The notes beneath the pieces were generated by a model, which searched no databases, had not been told where the DNA came from, and worked only from the letters and a program-made list of their open reading frames with translations. Both the position numbers and the translations under genes were made by a program. Positions 15,883 to 24,397 of a DNA stretch of 24,397 bases are shown here, one piece after another. The DNA comes from Promethearchaeota archaeon (GTDB taxonomy: Archaea > Asgardarchaeota > Lokiarchaeia > Sigyniarchaeales > SOKP01): the NCBI GenBank assembly GCA_048938895.1, contig JBHLLU010000045.1, positions 1 to 24,397 of the forward strand, read 5' to 3'. Within the stretch, counting starts at the first letter, position 1; each line of letters opens with the position of its first letter.

Positions 15883-17232
15883 TTGAAAAATCTTGAACCA
15901 TTTTTTAATCCCAAAAGCATTCTAATTGTTGGTGCTTCAAGAAAAGCTTACACTTTTAGTTATACTATTCTAAAAAACCTTTTAGAAATATTTTATAGAG
16001 GTATAGTATTCATCTTAAATCCAAATGCAGATGAAATTTTAGGGATAAAGTCATATCATTCACTTGAAGAATTGCCAGAGATCCCTGAATTGGGTGTTAT
16101 TGTACTTGGAAAAGATGTATCTCACACTTTTTTGAAATTAGCAAAATTTGGGATTAAAAATATTGCAATTGAAACGGAATTAAGGATTGATATTAATGAT
16201 CAAGATTTAATCGAGGAGTTAACAAAAATTAGTAAGGAATATGGTATCTCATATATGGGACCTTCAATGCTTGGAATTATTAATTTTATTAATAATTTTA
16301 CTACCTCCATAATCCCAGTAAGACAATATCTTATGCAGAAACATAGAAGAATAAAAGAAGGGATCTCTTTTATTGCTCAATCAGGGGGATTAGCCGGTGC
16401 AATGGGTTGGTGGAACCCTCCACAAGACTTACCAATCTCTAAGGTGATTCATTTAGGTTATGGATTTGATATTGATGATGCAAATGTGATAGACTACCTC
16501 AAAGAAGATGATACAACCAAGGTCATATCTCTTTTTCTTAGAGAAATTACTGAGGGTATAATTGAATCTGTAAAAGAATTATCATCTCTTAAACCGGTAT
16601 TATTTTTCTACGTTGGTAAAGAAGAAGAAAAGGAAAAAGATTTGATCAAAGCTGGAGGTATTGCTGTTGCTAACTATATTGAATTATTTGAATTTGCTAA
16701 AATATTCCTTTGGTGTCCAGAGCCTAAAAATCCAGATTTAGGGATTATCGGTCCAAGTTCGGGAGCGATATACCTTATCATTAAAGAAATGCGAAAACAA
16801 GGATTATCCTTAGCAAAATTAACTAATGACCATAAAAATATTATTCTTGAGAAAGTAGGAGGATCTACATGTGAATTAGGGAATCCTGTAGATTATTGGC
16901 CTCCTGAAAGATTCGTTGGTACAAAAATTTGCGAAATTTATAATACATCTTCAAAAACTTTATTAAATGACGTCGCAGTAGGAGGTTTGATTTTAGCTTT
17001 AGAATTTTTTACTGAAATCGAGTTTGATTTTAACATTTTTAGTAAAATTAAAAATTCTAATCCAGAGAAACCAATTATCACGATTTTAATCCAGGCTGAA
17101 CGTGAAGGAGCAAAAAGAGTTGTTAAAGCTGCTTCTGAATTAAAAATACCTGTGTTTGAAAATGAGGTTGAACGGGCAGTTAGGGGTTTTAAACTACTTT
17201 ATGAGTGGCATTCAAAAATAAAAAGAAAATAA
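15883..17232 (+). CDS. NDP-forming acyl-CoA synthetase alpha-subunit-like CoA-binding protein, lacking the phospho-His loop
   Basis: FFNPKSILIVGAS, LNPN, YHSLEELPE, GPSMLG, IAQSGG, GNPVD, IPVF. The expected KAGRS...ASHTG segment is absent. Confidence 0.82.
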   Translation: MKNLEPFFNPKSILIVGASRKAYTFSYTILKNLLEIFYRGIVFILNPNADEILGIKSYHSLEELPEIPELGVIVLGKDVSHTFLKLAKFGIKNIAIETELRIDINDQDLIEELTKISKEYGISYMGPSMLGIINFINNFTTSIIPVRQYLMQKHRRIKEGISFIAQSGGLAGAMGWWNPPQDLPISKVIHLGYGFDIDDANVIDYLKEDDTTKVISLFLREITEGIIESVKELSSLKPVLFFYVGKEEEKEKDLIKAGGIAVANYIELFEFAKIFLWCPEPKNPDLGIIGPSSGAIYLIIKEMRKQGLSLAKLTNDHKNIILEKVGGSTCELGNPVDYWPPERFVGTKICEIYNTSSKTLLNDVAVGGLILALEFFTEIEFDFNIFSKIKNSNPEKPIITILIQAEREGAKRVVKAASELKIPVFENEVERAVRGFKLLYEWHSKIKRK

Positions 17233-17241
17233 AAAGGGATC

Positions 17242-18489
17242 TTAAAAAATATCCTTGAATTCTTCTGGTATTTCTGTAGAGTCGTCCATTAATGAAAGTG
17301 CATATACTGATTCATTACATTTACACTCTTGTGCTTCAAATAAATAAAACTCGAACTGCTTTTTCCAATTACAGATTTGCACGCTTTCAATTTCGGCAAT
17401 TTCGCCACATACACAATAAATTGCAAGTGTATCTGAATAATTGGGTATTATCGTCTTAAAATCATTTAGAGCTTTAGTAAACTCACATTCATTCAGTAAC
17501 TTATTAATTTTATCTGCTTGCATATCTTTTAATGTGGGAACAAAATATTCAATTGTTCCATTACTTCCTTTCATTTCTGTAAGTACTATGAAATTCTTTT
17601 CAGGTTTTTCCTTTGTTCTCTCTGAAATGACTGGTTCTTGGTATCGTTTTAAATTTTCAGGTATTGGCATTGGTTCCATTCCTGGAGGATAATCGAACGT
17701 AAAGAAGTACTGCATGAACCCCCTTATACTTCTCTGATTTAGTAAATTTAAATTTTCATAATCTCTACTGAACAGGGTAAATTTAATTAATTGAAGTGGT
17801 ACTTCTAATTCTAATAGACGAGATCTAATATTGTTTAAAAGTTCCCCTGCAAAACTCTTTAGTATCATAATATCCTCTCTATTTTCAGTATAAACCTCGT
17901 TTTTATTTTGTTCCTTAAATTGAAACCACTTCTTTACAACAGTCCCTCTTATTAATTGGGGGGCTAAACATATAACACATAAGATTGGAAAAAAGAGAAA
18001 ATACAAATTAGCAAAAATTGGAAAAAACGTTAATAATAGAAACACTAAAGCAATTGGAAGTGTAAAATATAATGTTAGCCTTCTTAGACGCTTATTTACA
18101 TCAGTCTTAACTCCTTTACTTTCGGCATAAGCTTCTGCTTTGTTTTTTACATTTTCAATTATTTTGACAATATTTTTCGATTCAAATGATTGTTTTAACA
18201 ATTTTTCTTCTTCTCTTTCAATCTGAAGTCCATTCATATAAGTCGTTAATCGTTCAATATTTTGTCCCATTATCCGCTCCTTGAAAATAAATTCTAAAGT
18301 ATCTTCAGAAAAGAAATCAAGAAAACGAACAATAAAGAGTTTTTTTTCAACTTCTTGGATATCTGTTGGATTTAAACCCAAAGCTTCTTGAATAACTTGA
18401 CCTTGAGTTTTTTTAACTGGTCTGCCTCTTTTTCTAGTCCTCTTCAGATCTTCTTGTTTATAACTTTCTTCGTTTTCTTCTTCACTCAT
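17242..18489 (-). CDS. Hypothetical membrane-anchored protein (two TM helices, N-terminal KRGRP motif, C-terminal Cys cluster)
   Basis: 415-aa ORF with ATG start; TM hairpin around aa 140-180; YCVCGE...ECKC near the C-terminus. Confidence 0.75.
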   Translation of the reverse strand: MSEEENEESYKQEDLKRTRKRGRPVKKTQGQVIQEALGLNPTDIQEVEKKLFIVRFLDFFSEDTLEFIFKERIMGQNIERLTTYMNGLQIEREEEKLLKQSFESKNIVKIIENVKNKAEAYAESKGVKTDVNKRLRRLTLYFTLPIALVFLLLTFFPIFANLYFLFFPILCVICLAPQLIRGTVVKKWFQFKEQNKNEVYTENREDIMILKSFAGELLNNIRSRLLELEVPLQLIKFTLFSRDYENLNLLNQRSIRGFMQYFFTFDYPPGMEPMPIPENLKRYQEPVISERTKEKPEKNFIVLTEMKGSNGTIEYFVPTLKDMQADKINKLLNECEFTKALNDFKTIIPNYSDTLAIYCVCGEIAEIESVQICNWKKQFEFYLFEAQECKCNESVYALSLMDDSTEIPEEFKDIF

Positions 18490-18751
18490 AATTTTTATAT
18501 AACTTCAATTTTTAAATATAAGAAAAGAAATTAAAGGCAAATAATTAACTTTTTTAAAAATTGCTAAAATCAATTATTCTTATTCAAAAAATTCAATTTC
18601 TATCCATACTTAGATATTAAAACCTTTTCGATTATTTCTACTATGTAGTAAAAATATTTTGAGCAAAAGTTAATAAAATATAAAAACAACTCTTTAAAAG
18701 TTAGTTATTCTTTTTTATTATAAGGAATATAGTAAACCAAGTGAAAAGACC

Positions 18752-18982
18752 ATGGATGCAGAAAAAGTGAAAGTAATCATTGATAAGATTCGACCTCAAC
18801 TTCAAATGGATGGAGGAGATGTTGAACTTATTAGTGTTGAAGATGATGGAACTGTAAAAGTTCGACTAATGGGACACTGTGCTGGATGCCCAATGAGTCA
18901 ACAGACAGTGAAATTTGGAATCGAACGAGCTCTAAAAACTCACATTCCAGAAGTAAAGGAAGTAGTAAGTGTTCCCTTTTAA
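18752..18982 (+). CDS. NifU-C/Nfu domain Fe-S cluster carrier protein
   Basis: IRPQLQMDGGDVEL and GHCAGCPMS (Nfu CxxC). Confidence 0.93.
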   Translation: MDAEKVKVIIDKIRPQLQMDGGDVELISVEDDGTVKVRLMGHCAGCPMSQQTVKFGIERALKTHIPEVKEVVSVPF

Positions 18983-19081
18983 ATCCCACTAAAATCCATA
19001 TTTTTTATTTCCACATTTTTTAAACTCAACTTTAACTATTGAATTATTTTATTAAAAAAAGAGATCTTACTTGAATATAAT

Positions 19082-19465
19082 ATGGAACCAAAAGAATTTC
19101 TTGAAGAACTGAATAATGCAAGAGAATTGATGACCAAAGAATTATATCCTGAAGCTTTAAAAATATTAGAAAAACTAAAAAAAAAAGAAAAAGAAACCAA
19201 TCAGGATTATAATTATAATTTAGTTCATCAACTTTATCAACTTGATTCAAACTGTAAATCGGCATTTAATCAACATATAATACATAAATATCTCGATAAT
19301 GTTTTAAATCAGAATAAATCAATCACATTTAGAGATCTCAACCATCAACTAAGAGAAAAAGGAATTTTAACCATTAATGAAGATATATTAAAAAAAGAAA
19401 TTGAACTTTTAATCTTAAGAGATAAATTGCACTGCAAGGTTAATAAAGAAACCATTACACTGTAA
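19082..19465 (+). CDS. Hypothetical protein: helical N-terminus plus possible winged-helix (PCI-like) C-terminus
   Basis: 127 aa; TPR-like helices (ELYPEALKILEKL), then ITFRDL...EIELLILRDKLHCKVN..TITL. Confidence 0.65.
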   Translation: MEPKEFLEELNNARELMTKELYPEALKILEKLKKKEKETNQDYNYNLVHQLYQLDSNCKSAFNQHIIHKYLDNVLNQNKSITFRDLNHQLREKGILTINEDILKKEIELLILRDKLHCKVNKETITL

Positions 19466-19541
19466 TTTTTATTTGAAAAATTGTTGATTTTTTAAATCTA
19501 TTTTTAAAATAACATTTAAAATAAGTGTTAGTTGTTTTTAT

Positions 19542-20135
19542 TTGATTATAGATCCTGTTGAGAAAACAATTAGTATTAAAGTAGTGTATTTTGGGCCTGC
19601 ATTATCTGGAAAAACAACGTCGATTAAAACATTATTTGCCCATTTTGGAAAGGAGAAAAAGATACTTAGCATCGAGAGTACCTTAAATCGTACTCTGTTT
19701 TTCGATTATGGAACGATTTCATTTCAGAATCAAGATTGGATCCTAAAAATTAGTGTTTATACTACAACAGGTCAGAATTTCTATTTAATAACAAGACCAA
19801 TAACACTAAAAGCTGTAGATGGTATAATTTTTGTTCTTGACTCTCAAAAAGAAGTATATGAACGAAATTTGATTTCATGGAGAGAATTGGTTTCTTATTT
19901 TGGAGAATCTCTCAAATATCTTCCAGTATTAGTTGCTTTCAATAAACAGGATTTACCTAATAAATTTGCATCAACAAATTTCTTAAAACAGATTGAATAT
20001 CACCAATATAATAATATTGATTCGAGATATACTATAGCCATAAGCGGAGAAGGTGTTTTAGAGTGTTTTGAAGATATTCTAAGGTTGATTCTGAAAAAAT
20101 ATTATAAGAATAAATTAATCTCGGCAATAAATTAG
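19542..20135 (+). CDS. Small GTPase, MglA-like
   Basis: IKVVYFGPALSGKTT (G1), RTLFFDY (MglA-type switch I with Arg), YTTTGQ (G3, compare MglA TVPGQ), NKQD (G4), AISGEGV (G5). TTG start. Confidence 0.88.
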   Translation: MIIDPVEKTISIKVVYFGPALSGKTTSIKTLFAHFGKEKKILSIESTLNRTLFFDYGTISFQNQDWILKISVYTTTGQNFYLITRPITLKAVDGIIFVLDSQKEVYERNLISWRELVSYFGESLKYLPVLVAFNKQDLPNKFASTNFLKQIEYHQYNNIDSRYTIAISGEGVLECFEDILRLILKKYYKNKLISAIN

Positions 20136-20153
20136 TTATTTCTAAAGATTCAA

Positions 20154-21368
20154 TTAGAAAAAGCTTGTATTTGATACAGGTGATTGAATTCTAATACTCT
20201 GTTGAGTATTATCCTCTAAAATTGAAATAAGCGCTGATACATCTTGTTTAATCTCATATACAATTTCTTTTTCTTCATTCTTTTTCCATAGGTTAAAACC
20301 TGTTAAACTTGGTGAAGTCTCAAATAAACCTTCTTGCAAACCTAAAACTTTAATTGTAACTCCTCGAAGGTCCACCTTTGATATATTTTTAATCTTTAAT
20401 CTATATTTATCAATATCAGAGTCAATCGAAATCACCTTATAGGTCTTTTGAAATTTCGAAGAAACTCCATCAAATAAAGAAGATGCCCCTGCAGTTCCTC
20501 CCGCAAATAGATCTACCCCAACCTTCTCTTCAACTAAAGGTGTTGCTACGATAGATATAGGGACCTCAAACCTAATCGGTTCTATACTAAATTCAGGTTT
20601 TTTCTTACCAATGAATAATAAACTCCACTGGGTATACGCACCATATCTAAAACCAAATTGTTCTTTTTCAGAAGGAGAATAAATGAATTTATACGATGGT
20701 TCAGCAATTTCAGGTACTTTTAATAAAAGAAAATCTTTTTCTAAATTTGTTGTTCGAACATCCCCCGCTATTGCTGGGGGTAATTCGTCAACTTTACTAC
20801 AAGATTGCCCATACGCTTCACAATGACAAACTACATTTGCATCTTGTAATAATCTTACCTCTAATTCTCGAAGTTCTTCTGAAGAAAAGTTAATTTTAAT
20901 AGTTTCTCCTGGCTTATATACATCTTTACTTATCACAACATTTAATCCTGATAATGAAAATGATATTGGTTTAGGAACTTTTGTTTGGAATCCTGAATCC
21001 TTTGCTTTTATCTCAATATCATGTGTTTTATTAATAACTAAATCATCCTCGGGATTTAGAGGATTTGGTTGTCTTAAGATTAATTTTACATGATAATTTA
21101 AGTTTCTATTTTTAATTGTGGGCACAACATTGGTTTTTATGAGAATAGCTTTCTCTCTAATATATTCTCCTGCTTCAAAGTGACCTTTTGAAAAAATTTC
21201 TTCTCTTGAGACTTGTACTTCTTTAAGACAAGGGGGATTAGTTATTAGTCTAATGCCACTCCACAAAATATCAGTTTCTTCATCAAATTTGAATTGAGTT
21301 CTTATATTTAATTTGTCTCCAATGAAGACAGAACCATTATTTAAATCAGTTAACTGTAAATTTACCAA
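20154..21368 (-). CDS. Arrestin-fold protein (arrestin N and C domains) with an extra C-terminal beta domain
   Basis: N domain pattern VFIGD...FEAGEY...VVPT...LNYHVKLIL. C domain pattern ISKDVYKPGETIKI...LEVRLLQ...LKVPE..EPS...FEVPISI. Beta-rich. Confidence 0.65.
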   Translation of the reverse strand: MVNLQLTDLNNGSVFIGDKLNIRTQFKFDEETDILWSGIRLITNPPCLKEVQVSREEIFSKGHFEAGEYIREKAILIKTNVVPTIKNRNLNYHVKLILRQPNPLNPEDDLVINKTHDIEIKAKDSGFQTKVPKPISFSLSGLNVVISKDVYKPGETIKINFSSEELRELEVRLLQDANVVCHCEAYGQSCSKVDELPPAIAGDVRTTNLEKDFLLLKVPEIAEPSYKFIYSPSEKEQFGFRYGAYTQWSLLFIGKKKPEFSIEPIRFEVPISIVATPLVEEKVGVDLFAGGTAGASSLFDGVSSKFQKTYKVISIDSDIDKYRLKIKNISKVDLRGVTIKVLGLQEGLFETSPSLTGFNLWKKNEEKEIVYEIKQDVSALISILEDNTQQSIRIQSPVSNTSFF

Positions 21369-21631
21369 GTCTAAACAGAATAATTTTTTCTATTAATTGT
21401 ATAAAAAGATAGATTTTTATAAAAACTTTTTATTATGAATTGATAAGATTTGACGATATAGGAAAGTCCTCTTTTTATTTAAGATTTTTTTATCAAATTT
21501 GTTAACATTTTTATCCCCTTTCGCTCATTACATATTTCTATGACATGAATGTTTATAATTGCGAAAAAGTAAATAGGTTGAATTATTTTCTATAATTAGA
21601 TTAATATAAGGTTATAAAGTGTTTTTGTAGA

Positions 21632-22357
21632 TTGAATGAATATTTAGATAGAACTATCAAGGCTATACTTTTTGACTTAGATGGCACTCTACTTGATATT
21701 AAATTAGATAAATTTGTATCTCAATATATAAATCTTTTGGCTCAGAGTGTTGCTCATATTATACCTCCAAATAAGTTTATTCCTAAAATTTTAAAAGCAT
21801 CAAGAGCAGTAGAAAAGAATGATGGTAGGGCTTCAAATGAAGATATATATGAAAATGTATTTTTCCCTTTGGAAGGGCATTCTCGAGAAGAGATTCAACC
21901 ATATTTTGATGATTTTTATCAAAATGATTTTTCAAAACTGCGTCAGTACGCTCGTAAAAAGCCGGAAGCACGGAAAGTGGTTCAAACAGCGTTTGATAAA
22001 GGATTTGTTGTCGTAATAGCCACTACACCACTTCTTCCGGCAACTGCAATAAAGCAACGATTAGAATGGGCCGGTGTCGCTGATTTTCCTTATCAATTAA
22101 TAACAACTATAGAAAATAGTTATGCTACTAAATCAGTATTGCACTTACTCTATTATGAAAATATTCTCGATAGAATAGGATTCCCAGCAAAAGCTTGTTT
22201 AATGGTGGGGGATGAAAATAAAGATTTAATTTCAGCACGTCTAGGGATTCAAACTTTTTTGGTAGAAAGTCCTTATACTAAATATGATATAAACATACCT
22301 GAACCAAATTATCGTGGAACATTAGATGATCTGAATTCATTAATCTTAAACAAGTAG
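21632..22357 (+). CDS. HAD-superfamily hydrolase
   Basis: Motif I FDLDGTL, motif II IATTP, motif IV MVGDENKD. Confidence 0.92.
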   Translation: MNEYLDRTIKAILFDLDGTLLDIKLDKFVSQYINLLAQSVAHIIPPNKFIPKILKASRAVEKNDGRASNEDIYENVFFPLEGHSREEIQPYFDDFYQNDFSKLRQYARKKPEARKVVQTAFDKGFVVVIATTPLLPATAIKQRLEWAGVADFPYQLITTIENSYATKSVLHLLYYENILDRIGFPAKACLMVGDENKDLISARLGIQTFLVESPYTKYDINIPEPNYRGTLDDLNSLILNK

Positions 22358-22390
22358 GCTTAAAAATATATAAAAAAACATATTAAAATA

Positions 22391-22576
22391 CTAATCCTTT
22401 GTTATAATTTCAGATTTTTTCCAAGTATACTGAAGTTTACTCATACTATAAATTGGATAAGGATTTTCTATTAAGAGTTTTCCCAAACATTTAGCACAGT
22501 AATAAATTTCCTTAGTTCTATCTGTTAGGAAACACAAAAACAAATTTTCTTGCTTTAAACAGCCCTCACATCTCAT
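22391..22576 (-). CDS. Small putative zinc-finger protein
   Basis: MRCEGC...YYCAKC, two CxxC pairs in 61 aa; ATG start; fills an otherwise empty gap. Confidence 0.55.
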   Translation of the reverse strand: MRCEGCLKQENLFLCFLTDRTKEIYYCAKCLGKLLIENPYPIYSMSKLQYTWKKSEIITKD

Positions 22577-22720
22577 TTTTTCATTTTACAATCAACTAAA
22601 AATAAATAAAAACTTTCTTATTAAATTCGCAATAATTATTCCCGTTTTACCATATAAGTAAATGTTAAATATAGATTCTAATATCTAATTATAAAAAAAG
22701 AGAATTCTTTCTGATAATTA

Positions 22721-23563
22721 ATGCATGAACTTATATTTTTTAGTATGTTTTTATTGGTCTTAATAAGATTAATTGGAGTGATTGTCTCTGTTAATTTTTA
22801 TTATGAATCAAAATCTAATACATACATTTTTTTTCTAATTGCCTGGGCTTTTTGGGTTTTAGCAGGGATTATTGCACTGGTTTCTGCAATTTTTACTGAT
22901 CAGCCACTTGAAGATTTGTTTTTATTAATTAACTATATTTCTGGACCTTTTGCAATCTTTTTTATTGGAACTGGACTATCATCTTATTATATTAATATTT
23001 CAGTAAAAAAGATTAAATTTATATCGGTTTTCCTCATAATTTTCCCACTCATTATTTATTTTATATTTAGCTTAGTTCCTGTCGCGTTATACGCACGTAT
23101 CTCTCAGTTTTTTGGAATAATAATTGTTTTTTTATTACCTTTTTCAATGTATAATTCTTTTAAAGAAAAAATTGAGAAAAGCATTAGATGGTATTATCTT
23201 ACTTGCTTTTCAATATTAATTTATATACCTCTAGCACTAATAAGTATGCTTTCTTCTATAGGTTCATTCCAGAGTGAGAATGTCTTAATAATAATTGCAG
23301 TTTATTCTTCAGTAATTTTGATGACAATTTTACTTATTGCCTTCATAATACATGTAGAATATACAATATCTTATAAACAACAGAATCAATTGAAAGATAT
23401 ATATTCTCATAACTTAGGAAATATCATGCAAGTTATCAATAGTTCTTCAGATTTAATAAATATGAGTACAAACTTAACTGAACTAGATAAGAAAAATTTG
23501 GAATTAATCCAATCAAAATGTAAGGAGTCATCAAAACTAATAAAAGAAATTAGAGATCTTTAA
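22721..23563 (+). CDS. Seven-TM membrane protein ending in a HisKA/DHp-like helix pair, with no HATPase domain
   Basis: Seven hydrophobic segments, then H-box-like DIYSHNLGNIMQVI (His codon 23408-23410) and a second helix LELIQSKCKESSKLIKEI before the stop. Confidence 0.75.
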   Translation: MHELIFFSMFLLVLIRLIGVIVSVNFYYESKSNTYIFFLIAWAFWVLAGIIALVSAIFTDQPLEDLFLLINYISGPFAIFFIGTGLSSYYINISVKKIKFISVFLIIFPLIIYFIFSLVPVALYARISQFFGIIIVFLLPFSMYNSFKEKIEKSIRWYYLTCFSILIYIPLALISMLSSIGSFQSENVLIIIAVYSSVILMTILLIAFIIHVEYTISYKQQNQLKDIYSHNLGNIMQVINSSSDLINMSTNLTELDKKNLELIQSKCKESSKLIKEIRDL

Positions 23564-23832
23564 TTTTAGATTAAATATTTTATTCTATTAATAGACCTTG
23601 ACAAACTTGTCATAAACAGGAATAAAGAATAAATACAAATCAATTTATGAATTGTATTAGAAGTAAAAGACCTTCCCACAATATTCCCATTATTAGTGGT
23701 ATCATTTAAAATTTACATACAATCAAAATAAAAAATAAATATTGGTATTATCACTATATCTTAAATTAGGTACATGAAACTTCAAAATTAAATAAAAACA
23801 TATGTTCACTTAAACCTAGTGGTGAGTTTAGC

Positions 23833-24210
23833 ATAGCAAGCATCTTTATAATCGATGATGATGTAGATGTTGTTTTACTTTTTGAGCAATTTTTAGTTAT
23901 TAAAGGGCATATTGTTACGGCAAAAGCATATGATGGAGAAGAAGCGATCAATATCTTTAAAAATTTATCAAATAAACCAGATATTATTTTAATGGATCAT
24001 CGCATGCCTTTAAAAAATGGATTAGAGACTACAAAGGAATTATTAGAAATAGATCCCGAGAGCAAGATAATTTTCGTGAGTGCGGATTATACGGTTAGAA
24101 ATCAAGCATATGAAATAGGTGCTGTTGATTTTTTAGAAAAACCCATTGAGCTTGATACTTTAGTGTCAATGATTAAAAAATATTCACCTATTCAAAGTGA
24201 ATTTACTTAA
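23833..24210 (+). CDS. Single-domain response regulator (receiver/CheY-like); probable ATA start
   Basis: In-frame extension of ORF 23992 gives IASIFIIDDD...AYDGEEA...PDIILMDHRMP..NG...IIFVSA...GAVDFLEKP. SD GGTGAG at 23821-23826; no in-frame ATG/GTG/TTG between the TAG at 23767 and the ATG at 23992. Confidence 0.88.
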   Translation: MASIFIIDDDVDVVLLFEQFLVIKGHIVTAKAYDGEEAINIFKNLSNKPDIILMDHRMPLKNGLETTKELLEIDPESKIIFVSADYTVRNQAYEIGAVDFLEKPIELDTLVSMIKKYSPIQSEFT

Positions 24211-24397
24211 TATTAGTATTCTCATTTATAATTTGATTAATTTCCTCATATCTAAAACAATTAGTAGTGTGGTCATTTGTCATACCTACAGCTTGCATAA
24301 AACTATAAATAATTGTTGGGCCGACGAATTTAAAACCCCTCTTTTTAAGAGCTTTACTAATCTCTTCTGACTTCTCTGTCTTTGAAGGTAATTCATC
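24203..24397 (-). CDS. tag: DNA-3-methyladenine glycosylase I, C-terminal part (continues beyond the window)
   Basis: Minus-strand translation DELPSKTEKSEEISKALKKRGFKFVGPTIIYSFMQAVGMTNDHTTNCFRY...NIK*, matching the Tag signature LKKRGFKFVG...YSFMQA.G..NDH...CF. Not in the ORF track; overlaps the receiver gene stop by 8 bp. Confidence 0.92.
   Translation of the reverse strand, partial: DELPSKTEKSEEISKALKKRGFKFVGPTIIYSFMQAVGMTNDHTTNCFRYEEINQIINENTNIK

Noticed and set aside
17441-17692. 83-aa plus-strand ORF
   Set aside because: Antisense inside the longer 17242..18489 ORF.
19044-19265. 73-aa minus-strand ORF
   Set aside because: Antisense to 19082..19465; its hydrophobicity comes from reverse-complemented A-tracts.
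20696-22016. Short ORFs 20696..20893, 21783..21971 and 21819..22016
   Set aside because: Nested in the arrestin-like or HAD genes in other frames or strands, with no motifs.
23766-23951. 61-aa minus-strand ORF
   Set aside because: Antisense to the extended N-terminus of the response regulator.
1-24397. CRISPR arrays, tRNA/rRNA genes, transposases or IS ends
   Set aside because: No regularly spaced repeats, GC-rich structured RNA segments or transposase motifs were seen by eye; intergenic regions are simple AT-rich DNA.

Overview
AT-rich archaeal DNA, most consistent with an Asgard (Lokiarchaeia-like) genome: it carries an archaeal/eukaryotic-type uL16/L10e, an MglA-like small GTPase, an arrestin-fold protein and GGTGA-type Shine-Dalgarno sites. 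The taxonomy is inferred, not proven. The main feature is a co-directional biosynthetic cluster at about 3.7-9.7 kb. It encodes two paralogous radical SAM/SPASM enzymes, an ABBA-type (NphB/CloQ-like) soluble aromatic prenyltransferase, a stand-alone SCP2 lipid carrier and a U32-family Fe-S protein. Four of the five proteins share the same ~77-aa helical module (DUF2621/PCP_red-like), N-terminal in three and C-terminal in the U32 protein. This suggests a tag-assembled enzyme complex making a prenylated aromatic or quinone-like lipid. A B12-dependent radical SAM lies upstream. Converging from the right are a LuxE-like acyl-protein synthetase, a GT2, a CDP-alcohol phosphotransferase and an MSMEG_0568-like radical SAM. 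The right half holds rpl10e, an acyl-CoA synthetase alpha-like protein lacking the phospho-His loop, an Nfu protein, GTPase/arrestin genes, a HAD hydrolase, a 7TM-HisKA protein without an ATPase domain, a response regulator and the 3' end of tag. Two genes appear to start at non-canonical codons (ATT, ATA). All family calls come from motif recognition by eye; no database searches were run.
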